From assembly GCA_002633005.1 (NCBI GenBank), contig NMRA01000545.1, positions 1 to 34,973 of the forward strand: a DNA stretch of 34,973 nt, given 5' to 3'. Origin of the DNA: Phoronis australis. Taxonomy: Eukaryota > Animalia > Phoronida. Within the stretch, counting starts at the first letter, position 1, and each line of letters starts with the position of its first letter. Of the stretch, positions 1 to 11,189 are shown piece by piece. The notes under the pieces are model-generated. The model did no database searches and was not told where the DNA came from. It saw nothing but the letters and a program-made list of their open reading frames with translations. A program made the position numbers and the translations under genes.

Positions 1-319
1 GTACTCATGAAAGGTAACGTATAACATTGTTAACAATAGCTGTGTTTTGTTAATTCAAAGCTTATCATTCATATTTTTCCCACCAACATTAAACTTATAG
101 TTGGTAGTAATTAAATTCTTTTACTATTTTTAGGTAAAAAAGTAACGTCGACATTTTCAACAGACATCGTCGAGGAGACAATGATGAGCTACATAGAAAT
201 GGCTGTGGCCGAAGTTAAGAATTTTGAATGAAAAGTTCACAAAAGTTGTGGTTGATTTAAGGCATTGTTGTCATGTGCAGTTCATGGCAGACTTTGTCTG
301 GGACTACTTTGTTCTACAC

Positions 320-1085
320 GGTTGACAAAATGAAGCGATGTGGTAAGCATATTATCTCAAGGTGACTCATGACGATGTTATTAAAAAGGAACTGACCTTC
401 CAAAGGCCAGCTGTTAGATAACAAAAAGGTTGAGCTTTGGGATCATTAGTGAGGAGGCTATTTAACATTGTCCTGAAAGACAATCTGAAAGAAAACTCTA
501 AAAAGCACAGCTCTGGTGTTGATGGCCAAATGAAGTCTATAGAGAAACAAGCATTGGAGAACATTTCTGGTGCAATGTGTAATCGTCTGCTGACAAAGTT
601 GGTATCCGTAAAAAGGGACATAAAAGTAGTTCAGCTATTACAAAATCTGTGTAACAAAGATGAGCTTCTTGGCACAAAGGACTGGGTATCCGCATCTAAC
701 CGTGGGGGTTAGTGCGCCCATGCAAGGCTTTTGTGGAGTTCATTGTTGAGCTTGAACTAGTGAAATGCTTATTCGGTAGAGAGTCTATGGACTGATACCA
801 CGGGAGTAATCTAAGGGATTACGTATTGAGTAGTGCGCTAAAAATGAAGTTTTACTCTCCAAGTAGGAGTACGCTACTGTTAAGTTTACCTCAGGGGTAA
901 AGTTGGATGTCATGTCAATGCTCATGAAACTATTCGTCTCTATCAGGGAATTTTTTCATTCCAGAAATAAAATTAACCTCTCGAGTACTACCAGAAAACC
1001 GAATCAAAAAATCTTAAATATCAGAAGGGCTTGTAAAAAAGACAGTGAAGAATGTATCCAATATGTAAATTTTACTGGTTCCTAG
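320..1085 (+). pseudogene. Decayed ORF resembling the C-terminal region of P-element/THAP9-like transposases or their associated uncharacterised proteins
   Basis: Fragments across stops and frameshifts: EAMW*AYY, IEKQALENISGAMCNRL (like E.xALxYxAGYVxxxL), WVSASNRGG (like W...DRGGL..P) and MLMKLFVSIREFF (like KLYxTIRxF). Recognised by eye only; no termini found. Confidence 0.4.
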
Positions 1086-1679
1086 ACTGAATGAAAGTAT
1101 TTCACTCACTGGTCAGACCCAATAACCAGAGCTATTGTGTGCACCTGGAGAAAGGACAAAGGCCCTAATATTCAAATCAGTGACAAAAGCTTACAATCAA
1201 AATAACGTTATGTACCGGGTCACTTTTGGCGACTGTGATATAGACCTTAAGCCTAATGGGATATACTTGGAGGAGTAGAAACGGTAAGCAGGCCAATTCA
1301 GTAAAGCCCATTCTTTTTCAGTTCGGCGTCCTTTCGTTCTAAACACTGCATTAGCCACGTGATTCAGTACACCGTTGTTCGGATGCCATATTGATATTGA
1401 AATTTTCGGAGAAATTTAATGTCATTGTTTCTGCAAATTGTCAATGTAATCAGCCGTTATTATTCAAGGAGGAACTCGGATTCTTCAATCGAGTGCGATC
1501 TAGCATCCCTTTCTCAAATTTTGACGTAAGTATGTGCTTTTTTACGATATTTTGCACGATAAGTTTGGGTTTTTAAGTATTTTATAGTCATCAACCCGAC
1601 AAATCCTAGGCTATGCTCCTACACAAACACCAGACACTGATCAGATTTTCTCTATGATGCTCATTTCCATCCCACTCAG

Positions 1680-2240
1680 CAACTCTGGCCTTCTGTGGCA
1701 TCAACATAGACAACAAGTAACTCTTTGACAAACGCACAGATATCTCCAAAAAAAAAACAGCAATACAAGTCGCCATTATGAGACAACTCGAAAATGTCCT
1801 CTCTCATGACTCCCGCGTCATGCTCTTTGGAGTTACAACAGCTACTGTGACATTGTCTGGCATATGTGTTCTAAAAGAAATTCTGACAAATATGCATTGA
1901 AAACCATTTACAAATTTCATGGAAGAATAGAATATGAAGACTTACTAGGTCAAGCAAATCAAACGTCCCTTTACAATAGACGTTTACAACACAGACAGAT
2001 ACTTACAAAGCTCTTCATTAACAAACCCATCATACACCAGTGACCTTTTAAACACACGTGAGAATCTATACAATCCCAAACAATTAATGAATCGTGTATT
2101 TCCCAATGTCAACACAACAAAACATGGCCTGCATATGAGTTTTAGATTTTCAGCCCACAAACTTTGGAATTGAATAGACGACCACATCAAGAACACAAAC
2201 ACAATCTAAACTTTCAAACATGGACTCCGGAAACTTAGAG
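1680..2240 (+). mobile_element. Degenerate 3' fragment of a CR1/L2-group LINE (RT thumb and C-terminus)
   Basis: Broken translation gives LAFCGINIDNK*LFD, SYCDIVWHMCSKRNSDK, YEDLLGQANQTSLYNRRLQ and PNVNTTKHGLHMSFRFSAHKLWN. These match the LGITIDxKLxF, NYCxxVWHFC and SFRYxGxKLWN motifs of CR1/L2 ORF2. Confidence 0.8.
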
Positions 2241-2443
2241 ACCTATCTATTTTTGTGAAAATTACTTTAATCCTTTTATTTATTATTGATCAGTTTAATT
2301 TTATCTCATATTTTTCGTTAACTAGATTTAAGCTTTTAAAACTGCATCATATAAAGTTGGTATGAAGCATATTTTTACGTCTTATAACTATACTGTATTT
2401 TCATCTATTAGCAGAAAGCTAGTTTCATCGTAAATATGTGTTT

Positions 2444-2445
<2 letters not shown>

Positions 2446-2491
<46 letters not shown>
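2446..2491. repeat. (GT)23 microsatellite
   Basis: Uninterrupted GT dinucleotide run. Confidence 0.97.
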
Positions 2492-2495
<4 letters not shown>

Positions 2496-2644
2496 GTACG
2501 TGCATGCGTGTATGTATACATACACATCTCCAGTTCATACATGTACCTAGTCATTTTTATCGAGATGTAGCAAGTTTTCTTAGATGAAAGAACCATTCTT
2601 AACTGTTGAGCGTATAACCAAAAAGTTGTTTCTATTAAAAGTTG

Positions 2645-3278
2645 GGATTGTTCTAAAACCCCCTTGAAGCTCTCGACCTCCACATGCCTCGACCCCTGGA
2701 ACCCAGGGACCGCTCGACCCACAACCCTCTTGACCCAAGACCTGTGGAAATAGAGGTAATTTTGCGCGTTTTACACATTTCATAGTCTTATTATGCTACT
2801 GACTGACTTACACTTACACGCTAGTCTGCTCTGGCTCAGGTATGGTGGTTAAAATATAAAATGGAGTGATAACGTGATCTGAAATATCGAATCGTTGTCA
2901 CGGAAATAGTTCCACGAGCGGTCACCGATGGCCCTGTTCTACTACATGTAAATTTAGGGAGAAAGTCCGTTAATGTGAATGAACATAATTTCACATTTTT
3001 ATTATTTGCTTTCTGTTTTACCCTCATTTACAATATTCACCATATAACGATGAAATACTTTTTAGTTACCAGTTTTTTTCAAACTGTGTTTATTGAAGAA
3101 ATTACATTTTTGTTGGTTCCCGGCACTCTCTGCAAAACGTTGAATCTGCCATTTACTGAAGAGCAGACGAAACGATTACACGCTGCCGGGAACGACGTTT
3201 TTAACGTTGTTAGGGTCGAGGGGTCGTGGGTCATAGGGTGTGGGGTTCGAGAGGGACGAGGGGGTTTTAGAACGATGC
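2645..3278. mobile_element. Non-autonomous MITE with 9-bp TSD (Mutator/MULE-like)
   Basis: TIRs GGATTGTTCTAAAACCCCCT / AGGGGGTTTTAGAACGATGC (18/20 match). Flanked by TAAAAGTTG at 2636-2644 and 3279-3287. Subterminal CTCGACCC-like motifs are inverted at the two ends. Confidence 0.85.
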
Positions 3279-3934
3279 TAAAAGTTGACGATAGGTGTTA
3301 TGTTGTACAGATTCCCAATCATTTGGACGGACACGATGTGTTAACTTAAATGTCTGTGTTGGTTTACATTTCAAAGTGGTTATTTCACACAGGCTGTAGA
3401 GATAACCCTCAAATGCAAATGGGTGTAATAGAGAAAATCCTCAAATTTAGATGGGTACATCAAACCTACTGTCATTAGAGACATCAAGCAATGTTCATCA
3501 AAAGACCTCTAGATCGAAAGACTATCGTGCATGTATTCATATTAAATCTCATCAATTTTGGATAAAAATATGCCAACAATATCTGTGAACATTTTCTGGT
3601 GGCAGTTATTATAGAATTTAAAAAATAATGATAAAACCTTAATTTAATGCAACTTGCTTTTTATGTAAAATATAATTTTGCTTAGACGCCATATTGTCTT
3701 GAATTATTGAAATTCACAGTGAATGATTTGATCATTGAACATTATTATTCAATTTCATTTCATAGATTAGCATTCTGGTATTTATTTGTTATTTAGTTAT
3801 AAATACTAAATATTTATTTATTTAAAGCTCATGTACTTGTATTTTTCTGCTGGTTATAGACCCAATTCACGCCGACAAGAGGCGCGTTCCAAAACGAGGC
3901 TCGCTAAGATAGCTCTCTTAGCTTATCGGCATAG

Positions 3935-4075
3935 TTGTATTTCAGTCCGCGTTCCTCCGCGAACGGCAAGAAAAAATACGGACACTCAACTGTCTGCTTT
4001 ACAATCCCTAAAGACGTTGAGACTCGGAAGCGTTGGGTCGTTGCCATCCGCCGCCACGAAGCAAAATATGTCCGT
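3935..4075 (+). pseudogene. THAP zinc-finger domain remnant
   Basis: TVCFTIPKDVETRKRWVVAIRRHE matches the THAP F.FP.D...R..W..AIRR core. The upstream Cys residues are frameshifted or lost. Confidence 0.6.
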
Positions 4076-4903
4076 GTAAAATTTATAAATGTTTTCGAAA
4101 AGTTAGATCATATTTTGTCGCATCTCGGTTGCCAATCATCATAGTAACGACCGGAGATTGGGCCAGCCAAGCTGTATTTTCATGACTAAGGGTTGAAACA
4201 TTATATTTTTTTCTTTCCAAAAAGGACAGGGTCCTCAATCTCTTGAATTTGGGGCCCAATATCGGCCCTATTCCCCTCTCAAAATATTGAAATATCACAC
4301 GAAATTCCCTCCACGAGGCATAAAAATATTCTCCTAGTGAAAAATTCTCTCTGAGTTCACATCACCTGTAACCTCCCAGGTGAAAATTTTTAAGAGCACA
4401 AAAAGGTACTTTAAACTGAGACAGAGCCTATGAGAGCTTGCATCAGGGCGGGGGTGCTATTGATGGTGATCGGGATGTAGATTGTTCCCCTCACTCGGCG
4501 AAAAACTCCCCTCTCAGTAGGCACTGGCACCTTTCCCCTTGGATGAACGAGGAGAAACATGATAACTATGATTGCTTTGTCCAGTTAACTGAAATTGAGT
4601 TCTAAAGCGAGGTTATGCTTTGGACGAACGAATTAGGTGTTTTAATTTCAAAATTCAACTTGGTCCAGATTGATATTTGAAACCTAACATATGAAATAGA
4701 CGTAAGAATTATTACAACCAAGAAAGTAGAATTGATGGTCAAATAATTTTTATTTTCAATTACGAGCCTGGTTTTTTATTTTCATAAAAAATATATTTAA
4801 TAACATCAATTATTCTTTCAGATCAATCACAAATCAACTGTTAGTCCCAGTGAGTGCATACCTCACCAGGCTATGCTTGATGTTAATATTCTCGAACAAC
4901 AAA

Positions 4904-5011
4904 TTTAACCAGAGGTGACTAAATGCACATGACAGCCACCACTGTCGAATATGTCTTCAACTCGTCAACAATACGAGCAGATGACCTGGTTCGTGTAGAA
5001 AGTATTTTGAT
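4904..5011 (-). pseudogene. Possible C-terminal remnant of a Harbinger/ISL2EU DDE transposase
   Basis: IKILST...IVDELKTYSTVVAVMCI*SPLVK loosely resembles the IK.FxIL...DxIxxVxAxLxNLxxPLV ending of DDE_Tnp_4 transposases. It is convergent with the THAP remnant. Confidence 0.3.
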
Positions 5012-5409
5012 CAACAATTCACAAGAAAAAACGTAACCCTGCATTTCATCATAATACCTAGTCCGTAACACTACGATCGCCGCAATTTGGTCATATTAAT
5101 TTTCATGTTTCGAACCTAGTTTTCCGAAAAAATATACCCTTTCGTCAGACAACTTTTTGGTGCCTTAACTTGTTCTCTAATGTAATTTTCTACGTCTCTG
5201 TGGTTAATTGTCGACACATTATTAAAATTTAATATCCAGGTTGGACTCGAAAGACCGGCTATTTAACTCGCGCAATGTCAACTTCCTATTTATTTATCGC
5301 AGTGAGCCTCGCTTTGGCTTTTAATGTCCGCCGCGTGAATTGGGTCTATAACTAAGGAAGCAAAAACATAAGCCATTTAGCACTAACTCAAAAGATGCGT
5401 AAGAGGTTT

Positions 5410-5573
5410 CAGTGGCGGGTTTAAGGGGGGGGGGCAACGGGGTCATGGCCCGCCCTAAAATTCTCCCATGTTCCCATTTGGCACTTCGGGGGTGCGAATG
5501 TTTGAAGGCAAAATCCTGGCTAATACTCTGCCTTGCCCCCCCCCCCCAACTCAAAATCTTGGATCTGGCCCTG
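5410..5573. mobile_element. Short degenerate hAT-like MITE
   Basis: Starts CAGTGGCGGGTTTAAGGGGGGG and ends CCCCCCC...GGATCTGGCCCTG, the CAG(T/G)GGC.GAT.. / poly-G / poly-C layout of small hAT MITEs. No 8-bp TSD is recognisable. Confidence 0.4.
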
Positions 5574-5660
5574 GGCTTGGCCAAAGCATTTTGTCACTTA
5601 TGCATGTTGCAAGCAAGCTTGATGTATACGATTTTGACCACAGTGCATATAGCGAAGAAG

Positions 5661-6000
5661 CATGGTCAACCATGGTTGTTTGTCTTTGGAAAAAGTGACC
5701 GTGGTTTATCATTTTTGACCATGGTTGACCATGGAAAAAATAGTAGTTAACCATGGCTGTCCATTTCTAGAAAAGACAACCATGGTTTGACCATGGTCTC
5801 ATTCAATAGTAGTTAAATGTGGTTGTCCATCTCTAGAAAAGACAACTATGGATGACAATGGTTTGACCATGATTGACAATGGTTTGACCATGGTTGATAA
5901 TGGTTTGACCATGGCTGACCATGGTCAAAAGCATGGTCAAACATCGTTATCTGTTTCTAGAAAAGGCAACCATGGTCGACGATGGTTTGACCATTGTTGT
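5661..6000. repeat. Array of palindromic (A)CCATGG(T) motifs with a 21-bp tandem segment
   Basis: Many TGACCATGG / CCATGGT copies. About three tandem GACAATGGTTTGACCATG(A/G)TT units near 5854-5915. TCTAGAAAAG(A/G)CAAC occurs near 5766, 5832 and 5956. Confidence 0.85.
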
Positions 6001-8234
6001 CTATTGTCCAAAGCACGGTTGACGGTGCATAACCGCGCTTATTCATTAATATTTCCCAGAGGCAGTGTCAAAACAGTTCAATGAATGTGGTTTACAGAAA
6101 AGCAACACTCACAGAAACATAATTAAATCAGTCTATAAGTGTTGTTGGTAATACAGCCATTGTGAAATGACGTCAGGGTTTTTACTATTTTTGGAGAAAT
6201 TTTACCTTAAATTGCCGCTGCGTCTTTATGCCAAAGGTCTTATTTTGTATAGTTTTTCAGCTCAACAATCAAATTCTTGATCGTATCTCGAATCTATGTG
6301 AAAGTAAGTAAGTGTGATAATGGAAAAAAGTAAATTAACTTGAAAAGGCTCTAGTGGTCTTATAGTATCCTAAGAGAAAATTTGTTAGATTTAGATTAAA
6401 AAGTTTCCCGAGCTTTCACAAATTACAGTTGAATTTGCATAGACTGCCAATCCTTGTAGTGATTGTGTTTTTCAGAAAGCTAGCACTCACCAACAGAGGC
6501 ATCTTACCCCACTAAGTTTGGGTTAGGTAAGTTGCAAACATTCTGTCCCGTCGGCACGACATCTTTTTGGTCACATCACGTGGCCTATGTAAGTTGTCAG
6601 TCAATGTTGACCTAATTTCATCATTTTTACAGGAATGGGTCGCTGACAGGGTCCTACACATTAAAAGGAGTATACGTACATTCATGGATCACTGCAAAAC
6701 AGAAAAAGTCAAGTAAGCACTTGATATGTCCATGTGTATTTAAACTTTCTAATTACCAAATTGGGTCAATTCCCAGAACGTTTCCCGTAATCTTTGGTCA
6801 AATTCGAACAAAAACAATTGCCAAAACTGCTCTGGTTTTCCATTTTTTCAAAAGCTTACTGCATTGTTAATTTAAATGCTCAAAATTTCGAATTGTGTTT
6901 GTTGGTGATAGCTGTGCATATGAATTTTAATACAATAAAGTAAAGTTATCATTTTAAGTTTCTTAAAACGTTTTGACCATATCATTTTCTTAAGTGTGGA
7001 AAGATCATCAAAAGTTAAAAACTGTGGGCGGACGCTATACCACTTTTGTTTGGCTGGCATTTCTAATTCGTTTCGTTGTTGTTAAGTATTTCTCAAATGA
7101 AATCAAGATAGAATTTGACAAGGCGTACCGATAGCCAGTGTGTGCAAGCCCTCCCTCTTTGAATGATGTGCCACCTCTCGCTCCCTTATGTTTTACAAAG
7201 CAATTGGTACCGTAACTTGGAAGTTAATCTATTGTTTTAGGGCTCATCACTTTGTGTCGCATACGCGCTATTCTTTTTTAGTGTTATGATTTGTAGTTGT
7301 GTATTAATGGAATATATTCGTTAATATGATATTTGTCTTAATTCTACATGGTGACCTCAACGTGATGGACCAGGAGCAAGATTTTTGAACTCAAAGAGAG
7401 TCGTAAAAAGCTTAAATAAAAATTACATCGAGAGACGAAATAAAATTCACAGGAAAGGCTCGTGTACACGGTGTAGAAATGCAGAAACAGCTTGAATTTT
7501 CTAGTAAAAATCTGTATGACAAGTACTTTCGGATTAAAGTTCTGACACAGAAAAATCTGAATTGTCTCTTTATAGCTGTTGCTTAGCCAGACTAACTTTT
7601 AGTGAAACCCAGAATCCAGTTTTTGGTTGTTACCAATATGGCCGCATCCTAATATAGATGTTTACTATTTGAAAGCCATTCTTTTTATTTAAATTAAATA
7701 CGTGACATTTTGGCAATTATTATGAGAATGCTCAAAAGAATCTGATTAATGAAAAGTGCATCAGTAATGGCATATTTCAATATGGGTGCCAAAACCTCCA
7801 TTGTGACCGATGTGTCTCCAGTTCGCATTGCATGACCAGTGAGGTAGATTAAGTAGAACTACTGCGAACATCTTTGCCATGTTTTCAAGTTCTGGGTACA
7901 TAACGGTCACTACAGACTCGATCGATCCCGTCCCGCTTTCTTACGCAGTTTTCCTGCATTCTACCCACAATTTTACTGTTTGTCGCAAATTTACGATGCC
8001 ATAACGACATGATGTGATGTTTTTTCTGAACACCGTCTAAAACTATCTTTTTTCATAACAAAAATATGGGACTTATACGTAACAAGTCAATAATTCCCTA
8101 AGGGTCTCCCCTTACTCCATCTCAAAAAATCATACACAAATGATCAAACCTAAACAGCAACTTCATACGGCTAGCGAGGCAACACAACTAAGCAAAAAGG
8201 CCCCCATTGCCAATGTGCACTGGTGGTGCAATGT

Positions 8235-8828
8235 GGTCTGTACCACTTTTGTCTTTATCAATGTCAATAAAATGAATATTTGTTTTTACTTCCCATGACA
8301 ATCCATCTTTAATCCAATACTTGTTTGGAAAATTTGGAAGTCTCATGATAGATTGGAGAAGACTGAATTTCTCCTTCGTGTTTCCCATAAACACGGTCGT
8401 TTTGGCGATATTTAGCGATTTCTAGCGTAAAGTTTTTTCATCAGTGGAACGATTTTTTTCGTATAGGTGGCTGAATAGCGGTCATGAAAGTAGCGACATC
8501 TAGTTTTTCTTTTCCTTCAAACATTTTGATTTCTCCGTGATGCCCAAATTTCTTTAAAAGGTTTTCACTCCATTTTTTCCACCATTCTTTGCACAGAAAA
8601 CTCACTCACTTGTAAATACTTTGCAACTTCTCCCAGAGATTTTGGATTCCCGGGGCTGTCCACCTGGGATTAAAAAACTTCCTCAACACGATCCTCGTTT
8701 TCTTTTGAAAACGCAATCTTGGGTCTCCAACTGCCGCCTTTACGTGCAACAGATCCTGTCTTGCGTATTTCAGTAATAAGTCTATTTACAGTCGCACAGC
8801 TCCACATTTTAGCATGCGCATCTTTCAT
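8235..8828 (-). pseudogene. Tc1/mariner-superfamily transposase pseudogene (HTH region to first catalytic Asp)
   Basis: WSCATVNRLITEIRKTGSVARKGGSWRP...ENEDRVEE...SVQRMV, then TDEK / FTLEIAKYRQNDRVY, HETSKFSKQV and GLSWEVKTNIHFID. Several stops and frameshifts; truncated before the second Asp. Confidence 0.8.
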
Positions 8829-9768
8829 TTAATTTTAAACGTTGCATGACCGCTAAGCTGTGATATGTTAACAAAAGACGACAAGTCTGGTGTAGCGGCA
8901 AAAAATATCGATTTACAAAAATAACTAATACTGTTTTTTAAAGCTTCATAAATCCAATGTTTGAACAAGTACAAAATGAACTCTCCCTAACTCTACTGGT
9001 GCAGTGTACACTAGAGGTTCTCAACAGAAAGTAATTCAACTGTATAATGTTTTCTTGACAACAGTTCGAACGAGGCTTTGAGTTCAGTAATTTAGGGGGC
9101 AGACCCTTTCTGCATGTGCCGATCGAATCTGGAAATTTTGGTTAGAAATTCAGTTCAGCTTACAGCTACATGAATAACAAAAATGAACCTCTACTAAGAA
9201 ACAGAACTATGAAAAATGAAATAAAATAGCAATAATTTCTGGGGACTACCGCCAAACTAGTGCTGGGATACAGCAGATGCTGAGACAAAGGAGCCCAGAC
9301 GAGTGAAAATCCGGAGTCAAAATCAGATAGGCCTACACTATAACCACCAGTCTGAAAAGTATTTATCCCTTACGCGTTGAATCTGTAGAGGGAAATAGGG
9401 CCATGTAGTAATGTTTTCCGTATTCACCTCCCGCACTACTTCAACAGTGACCTCCAACATGGAAAGTTCAAAACGTAGGTCAATGAGGACTCGACTTCGT
9501 TAGCCGGTTAGATCATCAAACTTTCGGAAAATAGCTTAAAGTAACACAGTTGTAGCAGTGTAAGTAACCCTCAACATGCAATCAGGTATCGATCGTAATA
9601 TCTGGAACAGGACTGTAAATTATATGACAGTTCTGTCTCAGTTTTCATTTGCTAAATAGGCCTACTATATCGTATAACTCAGGCGCCGATTCCTCGGTAA
9701 CTACAATATCAAATATTTCCATGATAGCAAGTAACAGCATATGTTCACGAAAACAACAACGGATTTAA

Positions 9769-9816
9769 AACTTGACATGTTTCGGTGTCATTTATTAAAC
9801 ACCATCTTCAGAAGTC
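9769..9816 (-). ncRNA. Minimal type I hammerhead ribozyme (copy 1, core CUGAAGA)
   Basis: GACUU CUGAAGA U GGUGU-loop-ACACC GAAACAUGUC AAGUU: intact core, 5-bp stem II, palindromic ACAUGU stem III, GUC cleavage triplet. Confidence 0.85.
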
Positions 9817-9904
9817 ATAATACAGTGGCCACCTAGCTAGGCCCAGCAACAAGTAATGAAGCACAGATACAGTCAGTTACAGGNGAAAACAACAACGGAT
9901 TTAA

Positions 9905-9952
9905 AACTTGACATGTTTCGGTGTCATTTATTAAACACCATCCTCAGAAGTC
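9905..9952 (-). ncRNA. Minimal type I hammerhead ribozyme (copy 2, core CUGAGGA)
   Basis: Same as copy 1 except at variable position 7. Confidence 0.85.
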
Positions 9953-10168
9953 ATAATACAGTGGCCACCTAGCTAGGCCCAGCAACAAGTAATGAAGCAC
10001 AGATACAGTCAGTTACAGGGAGTGACAATGAACTATACCAACAATGACAACCTGTGGTGTGTCAGTTGCCTATTGAGATTGGGCTTGCACCAACTGATAT
10101 GTAAAGCCTCACGAATTTTAAGCTCCTTTGTTGTTACTGCCTGGTCTATTATTGCAAAGTCATTGAAA

Positions 10169-10931
10169 NNNNNNNNNNNNNNNNNNNNNNNNNNNNNNNN
10201 NNNNNNNNNNNNNNNNNNNNNNNNNNNNNNNNNNNNNNNNNNNNNNNNNNNNNNNNNNNNNNNNNNNNNNNNNNNNNNNNNNNNNNNNNNNNNNNNNNNN
10301 NNNNNNNNNNNNNNNNNNNNNNNNNNNNNNNNNNNNNNNNNNNNNNNNNNNNNNNNNNNNNNNNNNNNNNNNNNNNNNNNNNNNNNNNNNNNNNNNNNNN
10401 NNNNNNNNNNNNNNNNNNNNNNNNNNNNNNNNNNNNNNNNNNNNNNNNNNNNNNNNNNNNNNNNNNNNNNNNNNNNNNNNNNNNNNNNNNNNNNNNNNNN
10501 NNNNNNNNNNNNNNNNNNNNNNNNNNNNNNNNNNNNNNNNNNNNNNNNNNNNNNNNNNNNNNNNNNNNNNNNNNNNNNNNNNNNNNNNNNNNNNNNNNNN
10601 NNNNNNNNNNNNNNNNNNNNNNNNNNNNNNNNNNNNNNNNNNNNNNNNNNNNNNNNNNNNNNNNNNNNNNNNNNNNNNNNNNNNNNNNNNNNNNNNNNNN
10701 NNNNNNNNNNNNNNNNNNNNNNNNNNNNNNNNNNNNNNNNNNNNNNNNNNNNNNNNNNNNNNNNNNNNNNNNNNNNNNNNNNNNNNNNNNNNNNNNNNNN
10801 NNNNNNNNNNNNNNNNNNNNNNNNNNNNNNNNNNNNNNNNNNNNNNNNNNNNNNNNNNNNNNNNNNNNNNNNNNNNNNNNNNNNNNNNNNNNNNNNNNNN
10901 NNNNNNNNNNNNNNNNNNNNNNNNNNNNNNN
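10169..10931. other. Assembly gap (763 N)
   Basis: Run of N; a further single N at 9884. Confidence 1.
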
Positions 10932-11141
10932 TGACTTTGCAATAATAGACCAGGCAGTAACAACAAAGGAGCTTAAAATTCGTGAGGCTTTACATATCAG
11001 TTGGTGCAAGCCCAATCTCAATAGGCAACTGACACACCACAGGTTGTCATTGTTGGTATAGTTCATTGTCACTCCCTGTAACTGACTGTATCTGTGCTTC
11101 ATTACTTGTTGCTGGGCCTAGCTAGGTGGCCACTGTATTAT

Positions 11142-11189
11142 GACTTCTGAGGATGGTGTTTAATAAATGACACCGAAACATGTCAAGTT
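11142..11189 (+). ncRNA. Minimal type I hammerhead ribozyme (copy 3)
   Basis: GACUU CUGAGGA(11147-11153) U GGUGU...ACACC GAAA(11175-11178) CAUGUC/AAGUU. Predicted cleavage after C11184. Confidence 0.85.

Larger units (their letters stand above)
3858..5347. mobile_element. Non-autonomous PHIS-group (ISL2EU-like) DNA transposon
   Basis: Perfect inverted repeat GTTATAGACCCAATTCACGC at 3853-3872 / 5333-5352, read as AT|AGACCC...GGGTCT|AT (2-bp AT TSD). A second inverted block CCAAA.CGAGGCTC.CT..GATA lies inside both ends. Internal THAP remnant. Confidence 0.75.

Noticed and set aside
2408-2722. His/Thr-repeat ORF
   Set aside because: Translation of the (GT)n microsatellite.
7840-8010. Possible THAP remnant on the minus strand (KLWVECRK, DRVCSDRY, AVVLLNLP)
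   Set aside because: The motifs lie in different frames and the key His and Pro residues are missing; too weak to call.
9749-10019. 135-bp direct duplication that would give a natural tandem hammerhead dimer
   Set aside because: The copies are separated by a single N, typical of unmerged overlapping contigs or alleles. It cannot be accepted as a real tandem without long reads.
9992-11102. 317-aa and 268-aa ORFs spanning the gap
   Set aside because: Mostly translated N. The real coding remnant is the GIY-YIG tail on the opposite strand of each arm.
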